Source of the DNA: Novosphingobium sp.
GTDB taxonomy: Bacteria; Pseudomonadota; Alphaproteobacteria; Sphingomonadales; Sphingomonadaceae
NCBI GenBank assembly: GCA_045629505.1
Contig: JAZQRJ010000022.1
Coordinates: forward strand, 61,942-125,941
Reading direction: 5' to 3'
Length of the DNA: 64,000 nucleotides
Part shown: in pieces, positions 56,340-64,000 of the stretch
Position numbering within the stretch: position 1 is the first letter of the stretch
How the letters are laid out: the number at the start of each line of letters is the position of its first letter
The notes under the pieces: model-generated
What the model saw: only the letters and a program-made list of their open reading frames with translations
What the model was told of the DNA's origin: nothing
Database searches by the model: none
Made by a program: the position numbers and the translations under genes

Positions 56340-56600
56340 TTACAGCGCCGAAACCCGCTTGCTGAGGCGCGACATCTTGCGCGATGCCGTGTTCTTGTGA
56401 AGCACGCCCCTTGCGACGCCGCGCGCCAGCTCTGGCTGCGCAGCCTTCAGCGCTTCGGCTGCGGCATTCTTGTCGCCGCCATCGATTGCGGCTTCCACTT
56501 TCTTCACGAAAGTGCGGATGCGGCTGAGACGATTGGTGTTAACTGCGGCGCGGCTGGTGTTGCGACGGACGCGCTTACGAGATTGCGGCGTATTGGCCAT
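56340..56600 (-). CDS. rpsT: 30S ribosomal protein S20
   Basis: [12 protein letters not shown]...[10 protein letters not shown]...[15 protein letters not shown]. Confidence 0.98.
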   Translation of the reverse strand: MANTPQSRKRVRRNTSRAAVNTNRLSRIRTFVKKVEAAIDGGDKNAAAEALKAAQPELARGVARGVLHKNTASRKMSRLSKRVSAL

Positions 56601-56699
56601 GAGCTCTTATCGACCTTTTCGTTCCTGTGTGGCCGGCACCCGGCCCGAATGTCTTATGCAAAATTGCGGTGGGATGGCCATAGCCACCCGAAAGCGCGG

Positions 56700-56728
56700 C
56701 CCTTAGCTCCCGTTGCGCGAATCGTCAA
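56700..56728 (-). promoter_or_regulatory. Putative sigma70 promoter of rpsT
   Basis: TTGACG-N17-TAAGGG preceded by GC; contains CGATTCG (GANTC). Confidence 0.55.
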
Positions 56729-56759
56729 GAAAAGGTGATAGGTGCAGAGCGTCTTGCAC

Positions 56760-57572
56760 TCATTTCTGGCACTTTTTGCACCAGAAGGTGCTGCGTCCGC
56801 CCTGGACCATGCGTTCCACTGTGCCGCCGCAGGAGCATGGCTCACCCTCACGCCCATAGACGCGCCACGACGCCGCGAAGTAGCCCAGCTCGCCCGTTGG
56901 CTGAGCATAGTCCCTGATTGTGGATCCGCCAGCCGCAATCGATTCGTTCAGTACGTCGCGGATCACAGGCACCAGGCGGGTAAGCGCGGGGAGCGAGATT
57001 TTGCCGGCTTCTTTGTCTGGTCGGATGCCGCAATGGTGCAGTGCCTCGCACACATAGATATTGCCAAGCCCGGCGACAACGCGCTGGTCGAGCAGCATTG
57101 GCTTGATGGGGGCGATGCGTCCTGCCAGTGCGCGTTTCAAGTGGGCGGGGGTTAGTTCATCGCCCAGCGGTTCTGGCCCCATGCTTGCAAAAGGGCCCCA
57201 CAGTTCCAGCTCGTCTGTATCGACCAGATCGACCGAGCCGAAGCGCCGTGCATCGTTGAGGGCCAGCCGCCCGCCAGAGCCTGTTTCCATCACCAGATGA
57301 TCGTGCTTGCCGATGTCCTCTGGATTGATTCTCCAGCGTCCAGACATGCCGAGGTGAAACACCATGGTAACCGCACGGTCGGTATGCAGCAGGCCATACT
57401 TGGCCCGGCGGCCCAGACTGGTAACGGTGGCTCCGGTCATTGCCTGTACCAGTTGGGGCGGGAAAGGGCGGCGCAGGTCTGGTCGGTTGACGGCAATGCG
57501 GGCGATCCGCTCGCCCTGGAGGATGCGCCGCAATCCGCGCACAGTGGTTTCGACTTCGGGAAGCTCCGGCAT
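56760..57572 (-). CDS. mutM: Formamidopyrimidine-DNA glycosylase
   Basis: MPELPEVET, HLGMSG, DARRFG, GLGNIY..E, CxC...CxxC zinc finger. Confidence 0.97.
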   Translation of the reverse strand: MPELPEVETTVRGLRRILQGERIARIAVNRPDLRRPFPPQLVQAMTGATVTSLGRRAKYGLLHTDRAVTMVFHLGMSGRWRINPEDIGKHDHLVMETGSGGRLALNDARRFGSVDLVDTDELELWGPFASMGPEPLGDELTPAHLKRALAGRIAPIKPMLLDQRVVAGLGNIYVCEALHHCGIRPDKEAGKISLPALTRLVPVIRDVLNESIAAGGSTIRDYAQPTGELGYFAASWRVYGREGEPCSCGGTVERMVQGGRSTFWCKKCQK

Positions 57573-57655
57573 GGTTGTGGCAGTTACCCTTTGGACAGCG
57601 CGCTGTCATCAGCGCACGCTCACCAAGATGACGGTCTGCCGGTAAGGCGCTGACC

Positions 57656-57892
57656 ATGCATAGTTCCAGTTCTGACCGATTGCTTCAGCACCGGGCGCTG
57701 ATGATGCTCGCGGTCGTCATGGCGTTCTGGACCGGCAATTCTCCTCTGCTGATCCTGGGTGAGCGACTGGAGGGCTTTCACCTTGCGGGCATGGCGTTCA
57801 TATTAGGCGTTATTGCGGTCTCCATGTTGGGGCTGCGCAGGAAAGAGTCTGCTGGCGTGGATCAAGGCGGGCGGATAGAGGGCACCACATGA
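57656..57892 (+). pseudogene. Internally deleted EamA/DMT transporter remnant
   Basis: DMT-like first helix (ALMMLAVVMAFWTGN) joined directly to a DMT-like last segment (LILGERLEGFHLAGMAFILG); only 78 aa. Confidence 0.6.
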
Positions 57893-58620
57893 GCGAAACG
57901 GTATCCTTCGGTTACGAAGAAGTGCGGGCCGACGAAAAGGTCGCCCGCGTTGGTGAAGTGTTCTCCAATGTCGCGCGCAAGTACGACATCATGAACGATG
58001 CCATGTCGGGCGGAATGCACCGGCTGTGGAAGGACCGGTTCGTGCGCCGGGTGAAGCCGCGTGCTGGCGAGGCTATTCTGGACATGGCGGGCGGCACCGG
58101 GGACATTGCGTTCCGGCTGGCAGCGTCGGGCGCCGATGTAACCGTGGCTGATATCAATCAGGACATGCTCGACGTGGGCGTCGAACGCGCGATGGACCGC
58201 GGCCTGACCAGCCTGGTCTGGTCCTGCCAGAACGCGGAGGAACTTTCCTATCCGGCCCAGACTTTCGATGCCTATACCATTGCCTTCGGTATCCGGAACG
58301 TCACCCGCATCGATGCCGCTCTTGCAGAGGCGCACCGTGTGCTCCGCTATGGCGGACGCTTTTACTGCCTTGAGTTTTCAACCACCGAGTGGCCGGGTTT
58401 CCGCGAAGTCTATGACGCTTATTCGCACAAGCTGGTGCCGAAGATCGGGCAGGCCATCGCGGGGGATGCGGACAGCTATCGCTATCTGATCGAATCGATC
58501 CGGCGCTTTCCGCCAATGCCGGAGTTCGAAGCGATGATTCGAAACGCCGGGTTCTTGCGGACCAAGGTGGAACCCATTCTAGGCGGGCTAGTTGCCATCC
58601 ACTCCGGCTGGAAGGTCTAA
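57889..58620 (+). CDS. ubiE: Ubiquinone/menaquinone C-methyltransferase
   Basis: VFSNVARKYDIMNDAMSGGMHRLWK, LDMAGGTGD, IAFGIRNV, YL.ESIRRFP. Confidence 0.96.
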   Translation: MSETVSFGYEEVRADEKVARVGEVFSNVARKYDIMNDAMSGGMHRLWKDRFVRRVKPRAGEAILDMAGGTGDIAFRLAASGADVTVADINQDMLDVGVERAMDRGLTSLVWSCQNAEELSYPAQTFDAYTIAFGIRNVTRIDAALAEAHRVLRYGGRFYCLEFSTTEWPGFREVYDAYSHKLVPKIGQAIAGDADSYRYLIESIRRFPPMPEFEAMIRNAGFLRTKVEPILGGLVAIHSGWKV

Positions 58621-58628
58621 CCTAGAGC

Positions 58629-60194
58629 GTGACTACATCTGCCACTCATATATTCCGGCTCATCAAGTGGGGGCGTATCGCCGCCCGCCATGGGGCGTTG
58701 CGCGGAATTGAAAACGATCCAAACGCGCCGCGTCAGATCCGCCGTCTCATGCGCCTTGCACGATTTGGCACGCGCCAGCCAAAAGTGCCGAATTACAGCG
58801 CGGCCTTTCAGGCGATCGGCCCCGCGGCCATCAAGCTGGGGCAGACTCTGGCAACGCGGCCAGATCTTGTGGGCGAGGAGGCGGCTCGCAATCTGCTGAG
58901 CCTGCAGGACCGCCTGCCGCCCCAACCGTTTGATCAGGTTCGGGCCACAATTGAGTCAAGCTTCGAAGCTCCGTTGGAAAGCCTGTTCGCTTCCTTCGAT
59001 CCGGATCCCGTAGGTTCTGCTTCGATAGCGCAAGTCTATCGCGCGCGGACGACGGACGGGCGGGATGTTGCAGTGAAAGTCCTGCGCCCCGGTATCCGTG
59101 ATCGCTTTGCAGCGGATATCGAGACATATGAGTGGGCGGCCGCTCACGTCGAAGGGCTGGGCGGAGAGGCGGCTCGCCTGCGTCCCCGTGCGGTTATCGA
59201 CAATTTCAAGCGCTGGACCTTGCGCGAACTCGATCTGCGGCGCGAGGGTGCATCTGCCTCCGAACTGTCGGAAGCGATGGCAGCGTTTGAAGGCTACCGC
59301 GTCCCTGCTGTCGATTGGGACCGCACCAATGGCCGGGTCATGACCATCGAGTGGATCGATGGCACCAAGATCAGCAATCTTGAGGCTTTGCGTGAGGCAG
59401 GTATCGACATGCCGGACCTTGCGCGCAGGCTGGTGCTGGCGTTCCTGACACAGGCCATCGATGCGGGCTATTTCCATGCCGATATGCACCAAGGCAACCT
59501 GTTCGTTCAGGCTGATGGCACTATCGCGGCTATCGACTTTGGCATCATGGGGCGGATTGACCGTCGCGCACGGGTCTGGCTGGCTGAGATCATCTATGGC
59601 TTGACCACCGGCAATTACCGGCGGGTCGCTGAAATCCATTTCGAGGCGCAGTACGTTCCCAGCCATCACTCGTTGGAGGAATTTGCCACGGCGCTGCGCG
59701 CGGTGGGTGAGCCGATGCGCGGCAAGCCGGTCAGCGAACTGTCCGTCGGCCAGATGCTGGACGGCCTGTTTGCGATTACCCGCGACTTCGAAATGCAGAC
59801 GCAGCCGCATTTGCTGTTGCTCCAAAAGACCATGGTGATGGTGGAGGGGCTGGCGACAGCCATCCATCCGCAGATCAACATGTGGGATGTTGCCGGCCCG
59901 TTCGTGAGCCGGTGGATTCGCGATGAGCTTGGGCCGGAGGCTGCCTTGGCAGATCGGTTGCGCGAGGATGCGAAAACCCTGCTGCGTCTGCCGGAGCTGG
60001 TCCGCCGCATGGAGGAACGCTTCCCGCCAAAGGGTGGCGCGCCGGAACAGCCGCCACTGCCGGAAATGCGCCTTGTTTGGGAGCGTAAACCCCGAATTAA
60101 CCAATGGGGCGGATATGTCCTTGCTGCAGTCGCAGGGGGCATCACGGCATGGGCGCTCATGACATTGGCGTTACCGGGGGCTCTGGCGGGCTGA
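58629..60194 (+). CDS. ubiB: Ubiquinone biosynthesis kinase-like protein
   Basis: IKLGQ.LATRPD, SASIAQV, VAVKVLRP, FHADMHQGN, DFGIMG, LQKT. Confidence 0.96.
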   Translation: MTTSATHIFRLIKWGRIAARHGALRGIENDPNAPRQIRRLMRLARFGTRQPKVPNYSAAFQAIGPAAIKLGQTLATRPDLVGEEAARNLLSLQDRLPPQPFDQVRATIESSFEAPLESLFASFDPDPVGSASIAQVYRARTTDGRDVAVKVLRPGIRDRFAADIETYEWAAAHVEGLGGEAARLRPRAVIDNFKRWTLRELDLRREGASASELSEAMAAFEGYRVPAVDWDRTNGRVMTIEWIDGTKISNLEALREAGIDMPDLARRLVLAFLTQAIDAGYFHADMHQGNLFVQADGTIAAIDFGIMGRIDRRARVWLAEIIYGLTTGNYRRVAEIHFEAQYVPSHHSLEEFATALRAVGEPMRGKPVSELSVGQMLDGLFAITRDFEMQTQPHLLLLQKTMVMVEGLATAIHPQINMWDVAGPFVSRWIRDELGPEAALADRLREDAKTLLRLPELVRRMEERFPPKGGAPEQPPLPEMRLVWERKPRINQWGGYVLAAVAGGITAWALMTLALPGALAG

Positions 60195-61348
60195 CCGCTA
60201 AAACATCTGCGCCTACATCAGATCCCGCTCCGGCGTGGAACCGTTTTGCGAGCTGGTCCGCCTTGGATGCGCGGCTGGCGCTGTTGGCTTTCCTGGCCTT
60301 GCTGATGGTTTCCGCGTTCGTTCCGATCGGTGCAGGGCCGTCAGAGGTTACGACCAAAGGATTGGTCGAAGCCCTGAATGACGATGGCACTGGACCGACG
60401 CGCCCGCGTGACGACGACCTGGCGCTTTACGACATTGCCATTGAGCGCATTCAGCGGGGCGAGCACTACTACGATTTCATTGTGGAGGAACAGCGCGCGG
60501 CGCAATACCCGGTAACTCCCGGTATTGCCGTACGCCTGCCGACGCTTGCGTATATCAATGCGTGGCTTGGCAAGGCCGGCCAGACTGCAGCCGCCATTCT
60601 CCTACTCATCGCTGTGGCAATCGCCTGGTGGCGGCGCCTGGGTGATGAGCCAGGCGGCAAGCGCTATCGTGCGATGGGCATGGCTCTGCTGATGATGAGT
60701 GCGTCTCTGGGGCTCACCCGCTATTTCTTCGTACTGCATGAGCTATGGACCGGAATGCTGCTTGCCCTTGCCTTCGGGCTGCATCGCCCGGGTAGGTGGC
60801 GCTGGTCCGTTGTCGTGGCGGCACTCGCAGTCTCCATCCGTGAACTGGCGCTGCCATTCATCCTGTTGATGGCGGCCATGGCCTTTTGGCGGCGTGACGG
60901 GAAAGAAGGCGCGGCGTGGAGTGCGCTTGCGGTGGCTTTCCTGGCGCTGCTCTTGGGGCACCTTTATCTGGTGGCGCAGCAAGTGCTGCCCACCGACCCG
61001 AGCGGGCAGGGCTGGCTGTACTTGCGCGGGCTTTCGGGTTGGATGTCCAATGTTGCGCTATCGAGCAACCTGCGTTTCTTGCCGCATTGGATAGCGGGAC
61101 CGGCGATCATTCTTGCGATGTTTGGCTGGGCGGCGTGGCGCTCGTCTGCCGGGCTATTCGGCCTGTTGCTCTATCTGGGTTATGGCCTGACCTTTATGAT
61201 TGTTGGCCGTGCCGACAATTTCTATTGGGGAATGCTGGTCTCGCCGGCCATGTTCATCGGCATTGCCTTTGTGCCAATGGGACTGTCGGCGCTGATCCGC
61301 CGTGCCAACCTCGTGAGGCGGATCGCGGCTCCCGCTGCCCTAAAGTAA
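60191..61348 (+). CDS. Polytopic membrane protein, GT-C glycosyltransferase-like
   Basis: About 9-10 TM segments; RDDDLALY...GEHYY...YP loop after the first helix. Start uncertain (CTG overlapping the ubiB stop). Confidence 0.65.
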   Translation: MTAKTSAPTSDPAPAWNRFASWSALDARLALLAFLALLMVSAFVPIGAGPSEVTTKGLVEALNDDGTGPTRPRDDDLALYDIAIERIQRGEHYYDFIVEEQRAAQYPVTPGIAVRLPTLAYINAWLGKAGQTAAAILLLIAVAIAWWRRLGDEPGGKRYRAMGMALLMMSASLGLTRYFFVLHELWTGMLLALAFGLHRPGRWRWSVVVAALAVSIRELALPFILLMAAMAFWRRDGKEGAAWSALAVAFLALLLGHLYLVAQQVLPTDPSGQGWLYLRGLSGWMSNVALSSNLRFLPHWIAGPAIILAMFGWAAWRSSAGLFGLLLYLGYGLTFMIVGRADNFYWGMLVSPAMFIGIAFVPMGLSALIRRANLVRRIAAPAALK

Positions 61349-61386
61349 TTGCGCCCAACCCCTGACTGTTGCAGACTCGTTAACTG

Positions 61387-63030
61387 ATGACTCATCCAAA
61401 AATACTTCTGATCGTGGGCGGTGGAATTGCCGCGTACAAGGCCTGTGAACTGGTCCGCACCATCCGCAAGGGTGGGGGCGAAGTGACGTGCGTGCTCACT
61501 GAGGGCGGTGCCAAGTTCGTGACGCCCTTGGCACTGGCCGCTCTGTCCGAAAACGAGGTCTACACCTCGCTTTGGGATCTCAAGAATGAGGTGGAGATGG
61601 GGCATATCCAGCTCAGCCGTGAGGCAGATCTGATCGTTGTTTGCCCTGCAACCGCCAATCTTTTGGCCAAGATGGCTGCGGGTATTGCCGACGATCTGGC
61701 TACCACGGTACTGCTGGCCACTGATAAACCCGTGCTTGCCGTTCCTGCGATGAACGTGCGTATGTGGGAGCACGAATCGACTGGCCGCAATGTGCAAACT
61801 CTGCTGGCAAGCGGGGTGGACGTGATGGAGCCGGATTCTGGCCCGATGGCTTGCGGTGAGTTTGGGCCGGGCCGTCTGCCAGAGCCGACTGCCATCTGGC
61901 ACCGCATCGCGTGGACGCTAAACATCGATCCAGGTGATGTGCAATTCCTGCCCACCCTTCCTCACACTATTGAGCATTATCCCGGCGGGTTTGATCTTCC
62001 CATGTCGGATGAGGGCGCAGAATTCCTCGGCTTTGAAGCTCCGGATCGGGGAGAGGACGGGCCGGGCGGCCTTTCTGCCTCATTAATTTCGCGCGGTATT
62101 CAGATGGCCCGCGAAGTGCTGGGCGATCCCGACGGGGCCAATGATGATGCTCCTCCTCCGTCCGTGGTCAGTTCAGATGGGCCGATTCTGTCTCGCAAGG
62201 GCCAGGCTAGGGCTGCGCCGCCCACCGATCCCGAAGCGATCAACTACGTCGTCTCTGGTCGTGAGGATGCCGCCCCTCAACCCTTCGAGAACGAACTTGC
62301 GGGCCTGTTCCCCTCTGTGAAGGGATGCGGCTCTGCAGCCCCGTGGTTCCCCGTCGATCCCGATCATCAGCCGCTGGCAGGCAAGCATGTTCTCGTCACA
62401 GCCGGACCGACGCATGAGCCGATCGATCCGGTGCGCTATATCGCTAATCGTTCTTCCGGGCGGCAGGGTTATGCCATTGCCGCTGCCGCCGCAGCCCTTG
62501 GTGCGCGCGTCACGCTCGTCTCCGGGCCGGTCAACCTGGCGACGCCGACGGGTGTGGATCGGATCGACGTGGAAACGGCGATCGAAATGTCAGAAGCGGT
62601 GAAGAATGCGCTGCCTGCCGACATTGCGGTGATGGTAGCCGCTGTTGCAGACTGGCGGACCAGCAACGTGGCGGGAGAGAAGATCAAGAAGCGCGGCTCT
62701 GCGCCGCCTGCCCTGCTACTCACCGAAAACCCGGATATATTGGCCTCTGTCGCCAGTTCGAGCCAGCGGCCACGGTTGCTGATCGGCTTTGCGGCAGAGA
62801 CTACCGACGTGCTCAAGCACGCGCATGAGAAGCGCAAGCGCAAGGGCGCGGACTGGATCATCGCCAACGATGTATCGGGCGATGTCATGGGCGGGCAGCT
62901 GAACACCGTCCACATCATTTCTGCGGACGATGTGGAAAGCCTGCCCGAAATGCCCAAGGAACAGGTCGCGATGGCATTGGCCGAGCGGTTTGCACAGGCG
63001 ATCAACGAGGAAAGTACCGCTGATGAATAG
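61387..63030 (+). CDS. coaBC: Bifunctional phosphopantothenoylcysteine decarboxylase/synthetase with long internal insertion
   Basis: [31 protein letters not shown]; then [35 protein letters not shown]. Confidence 0.95.
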   Translation: MTHPKILLIVGGGIAAYKACELVRTIRKGGGEVTCVLTEGGAKFVTPLALAALSENEVYTSLWDLKNEVEMGHIQLSREADLIVVCPATANLLAKMAAGIADDLATTVLLATDKPVLAVPAMNVRMWEHESTGRNVQTLLASGVDVMEPDSGPMACGEFGPGRLPEPTAIWHRIAWTLNIDPGDVQFLPTLPHTIEHYPGGFDLPMSDEGAEFLGFEAPDRGEDGPGGLSASLISRGIQMAREVLGDPDGANDDAPPPSVVSSDGPILSRKGQARAAPPTDPEAINYVVSGREDAAPQPFENELAGLFPSVKGCGSAAPWFPVDPDHQPLAGKHVLVTAGPTHEPIDPVRYIANRSSGRQGYAIAAAAAALGARVTLVSGPVNLATPTGVDRIDVETAIEMSEAVKNALPADIAVMVAAVADWRTSNVAGEKIKKRGSAPPALLLTENPDILASVASSSQRPRLLIGFAAETTDVLKHAHEKRKRKGADWIIANDVSGDVMGGQLNTVHIISADDVESLPEMPKEQVAMALAERFAQAINEESTADE

Positions 63031-63484
63031 TGTGCCGGTTCCGGTTAAGCGCCTGCCGCATTTCGACGGCTTGGATCTGCCTGCTTATGCCACAGATGGC
63101 GCTGCGGGCATGGACGTGCTGGCGGCAGAGGATGTGACGCTGGCACCCGGCGCACGTCACGCGGTGGCTACGGGCCTTGCGGTTGCCATCCCTCACGGGT
63201 TCGAAATCCAGGTTCGTCCCCGCTCCGGCCTGGCGTTGAAGCATGGTATCAGCGTTCCCAATTCTCCCGGGACGATTGATTCCGATTATCGCGGCGAACT
63301 GAAGGTGATCCTGATCAATCATGGTCAGGAAAGCTTTGATGTGCGTCGCGGAGATCGCATCGCGCAGCTGGTCCTTGCCCCTGTCACGCGCGCAAGTTGG
63401 CTGCGGGTGGACGAGTTGGATGCTACCGAGCGGGGCGAGGGGGGCTTTGGCTCCACCGGCGGGGTCGTCGCGCTGGGAAATTAG
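63023..63484 (+). CDS. dut: dUTP diphosphatase
   Basis: [38 protein letters not shown]. Confidence 0.97.
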   Translation: MNSVPVPVKRLPHFDGLDLPAYATDGAAGMDVLAAEDVTLAPGARHAVATGLAVAIPHGFEIQVRPRSGLALKHGISVPNSPGTIDSDYRGELKVILINHGQESFDVRRGDRIAQLVLAPVTRASWLRVDELDATERGEGGFGSTGGVVALGN

Positions 63485-63653
63485 CCCCGCGGAACCGCAC
63501 GCGCGTCAGCTAAATCCCTTGCGTAGGCATCGAGGTGCGATGAACTGCATCGGTTGCCCGGCGCGAAGGTGGACATTTCTCCAAAGGCATAAGATAGGAG
63601 GGGTAAGCGCGTTGTAATAAAAGCGCAGGAATTTAACCTTCTTTGCAGATTGG

Positions 63654-64000
63654 ATGTCCCTGATGGCGTCTTCGAAACCCGTTGCCGTCAAGCCTATTGT
63701 TCGAGTTCAGGAAAACCTTCTGGCGCGTGCGGAACGGCGTGCGCTCAACTATTTTTGCGCAAGAATGCCTGCGTGGGTCACTCCGGACCGACTGACTACG
63801 CTGGGAATGCTCGGCGCGCTAATGATCTTCGGCGGTTACCTGGCAAGCAACCTTGGCGATTCCTGGCTGTGGGTCGCGATTGGCGGCTATGTCGTGCAAT
63901 GGTTCGGCGATTCCATGGACGGCAGTCTTGCCCGCTTTCGCGGCATAGAACGCCCTCGCTACGGTTATTTTCTGGATCACAGCTGCGACGGGCTGGCTAC
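63654..64000 (+). CDS. CDP-alcohol phosphatidyltransferase family protein, N-terminal part (runs off the window edge)
   Basis: Manual translation: ...WVTPDRLTTLG...DSMDGSLARFRGIERPRYGYFLDHSCD (DxxDGxxAR...GxxxDxxxD). Confidence 0.9.
   Translation, partial: MSLMASSKPVAVKPIVRVQENLLARAERRALNYFCARMPAWVTPDRLTTLGMLGALMIFGGYLASNLGDSWLWVAIGGYVVQWFGDSMDGSLARFRGIERPRYGYFLDHSCDGLA

Noticed and set aside
43586-56340. Possible oriC near rpmH/dnaA
   Set aside because: No DnaA-box cluster seen; rpmH and dnaA are separated and convergent; alphaproteobacterial origins commonly lie by hemE, which is absent here
58956-60104. Long antisense ORFs (also 10765..11838, 27061..28116, 33094..34110, 35275..36123, 4916..5974)
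   Set aside because: They lie opposite well-supported genes; long shadows are expected at this GC content and show no motifs
1-64000. CRISPR arrays, tRNA/rRNA, IS, integrase, prophage, defence genes
   Set aside because: No repeat-spacer periodicity, cloverleaf-sized conserved motif, transposase or recombinase signature was seen by eye; a covariance-model scan (tRNAscan/Infernal) was not run

Overview
Chromosomal segment (about 60% GC by eye) of an alphaproteobacterium. Gene order and protein features point to Sphingomonadales, probably Erythrobacteraceae (inference). The backbone is conserved housekeeping: wecC/wecB, dcd, dsbD, a UbiH/UbiL-like hydroxylase, hemC-hemD, tsaD-gpsA, yifB, uvrB, rpmH-rnpA-yidD-yidC-yihA, dapE, nth, dapB, cobB, moeB, dnaA, rpsT, mutM, ubiE-ubiB-coaBC-dut. 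It is interrupted by accessory redox/catabolic blocks: (A) 2.6-5.8 kb SDR, amidohydrolase and KshA/Neverland-like Rieske oxygenase; (B) 7.9-13.3 kb TetR, arylsulfatase, SDR, NTF2 protein and esterase; (C) 26-36 kb Coq4-like protein, three Baeyer-Villiger monooxygenases, a luciferase-like monooxygenase and two MFS transporters. I saw no rRNA, tRNA, CRISPR array, transposase, integrase or phage gene. Best leads: a BON/OmpA protein + unannotated 30-aa membrane micropeptide + TM/HhH protein trio resembling mycobacterial arfABC (Rv0899-0901); an in-frame HemD-Mic60-like fusion; the Coq4/triple-BVMO island; a ~140-aa insertion inside CoaBC; and a 10-bp-phased GANTC cluster upstream of dnaA. All family assignments come from motif recognition by eye; no database search was run, so novelty cannot be confirmed.
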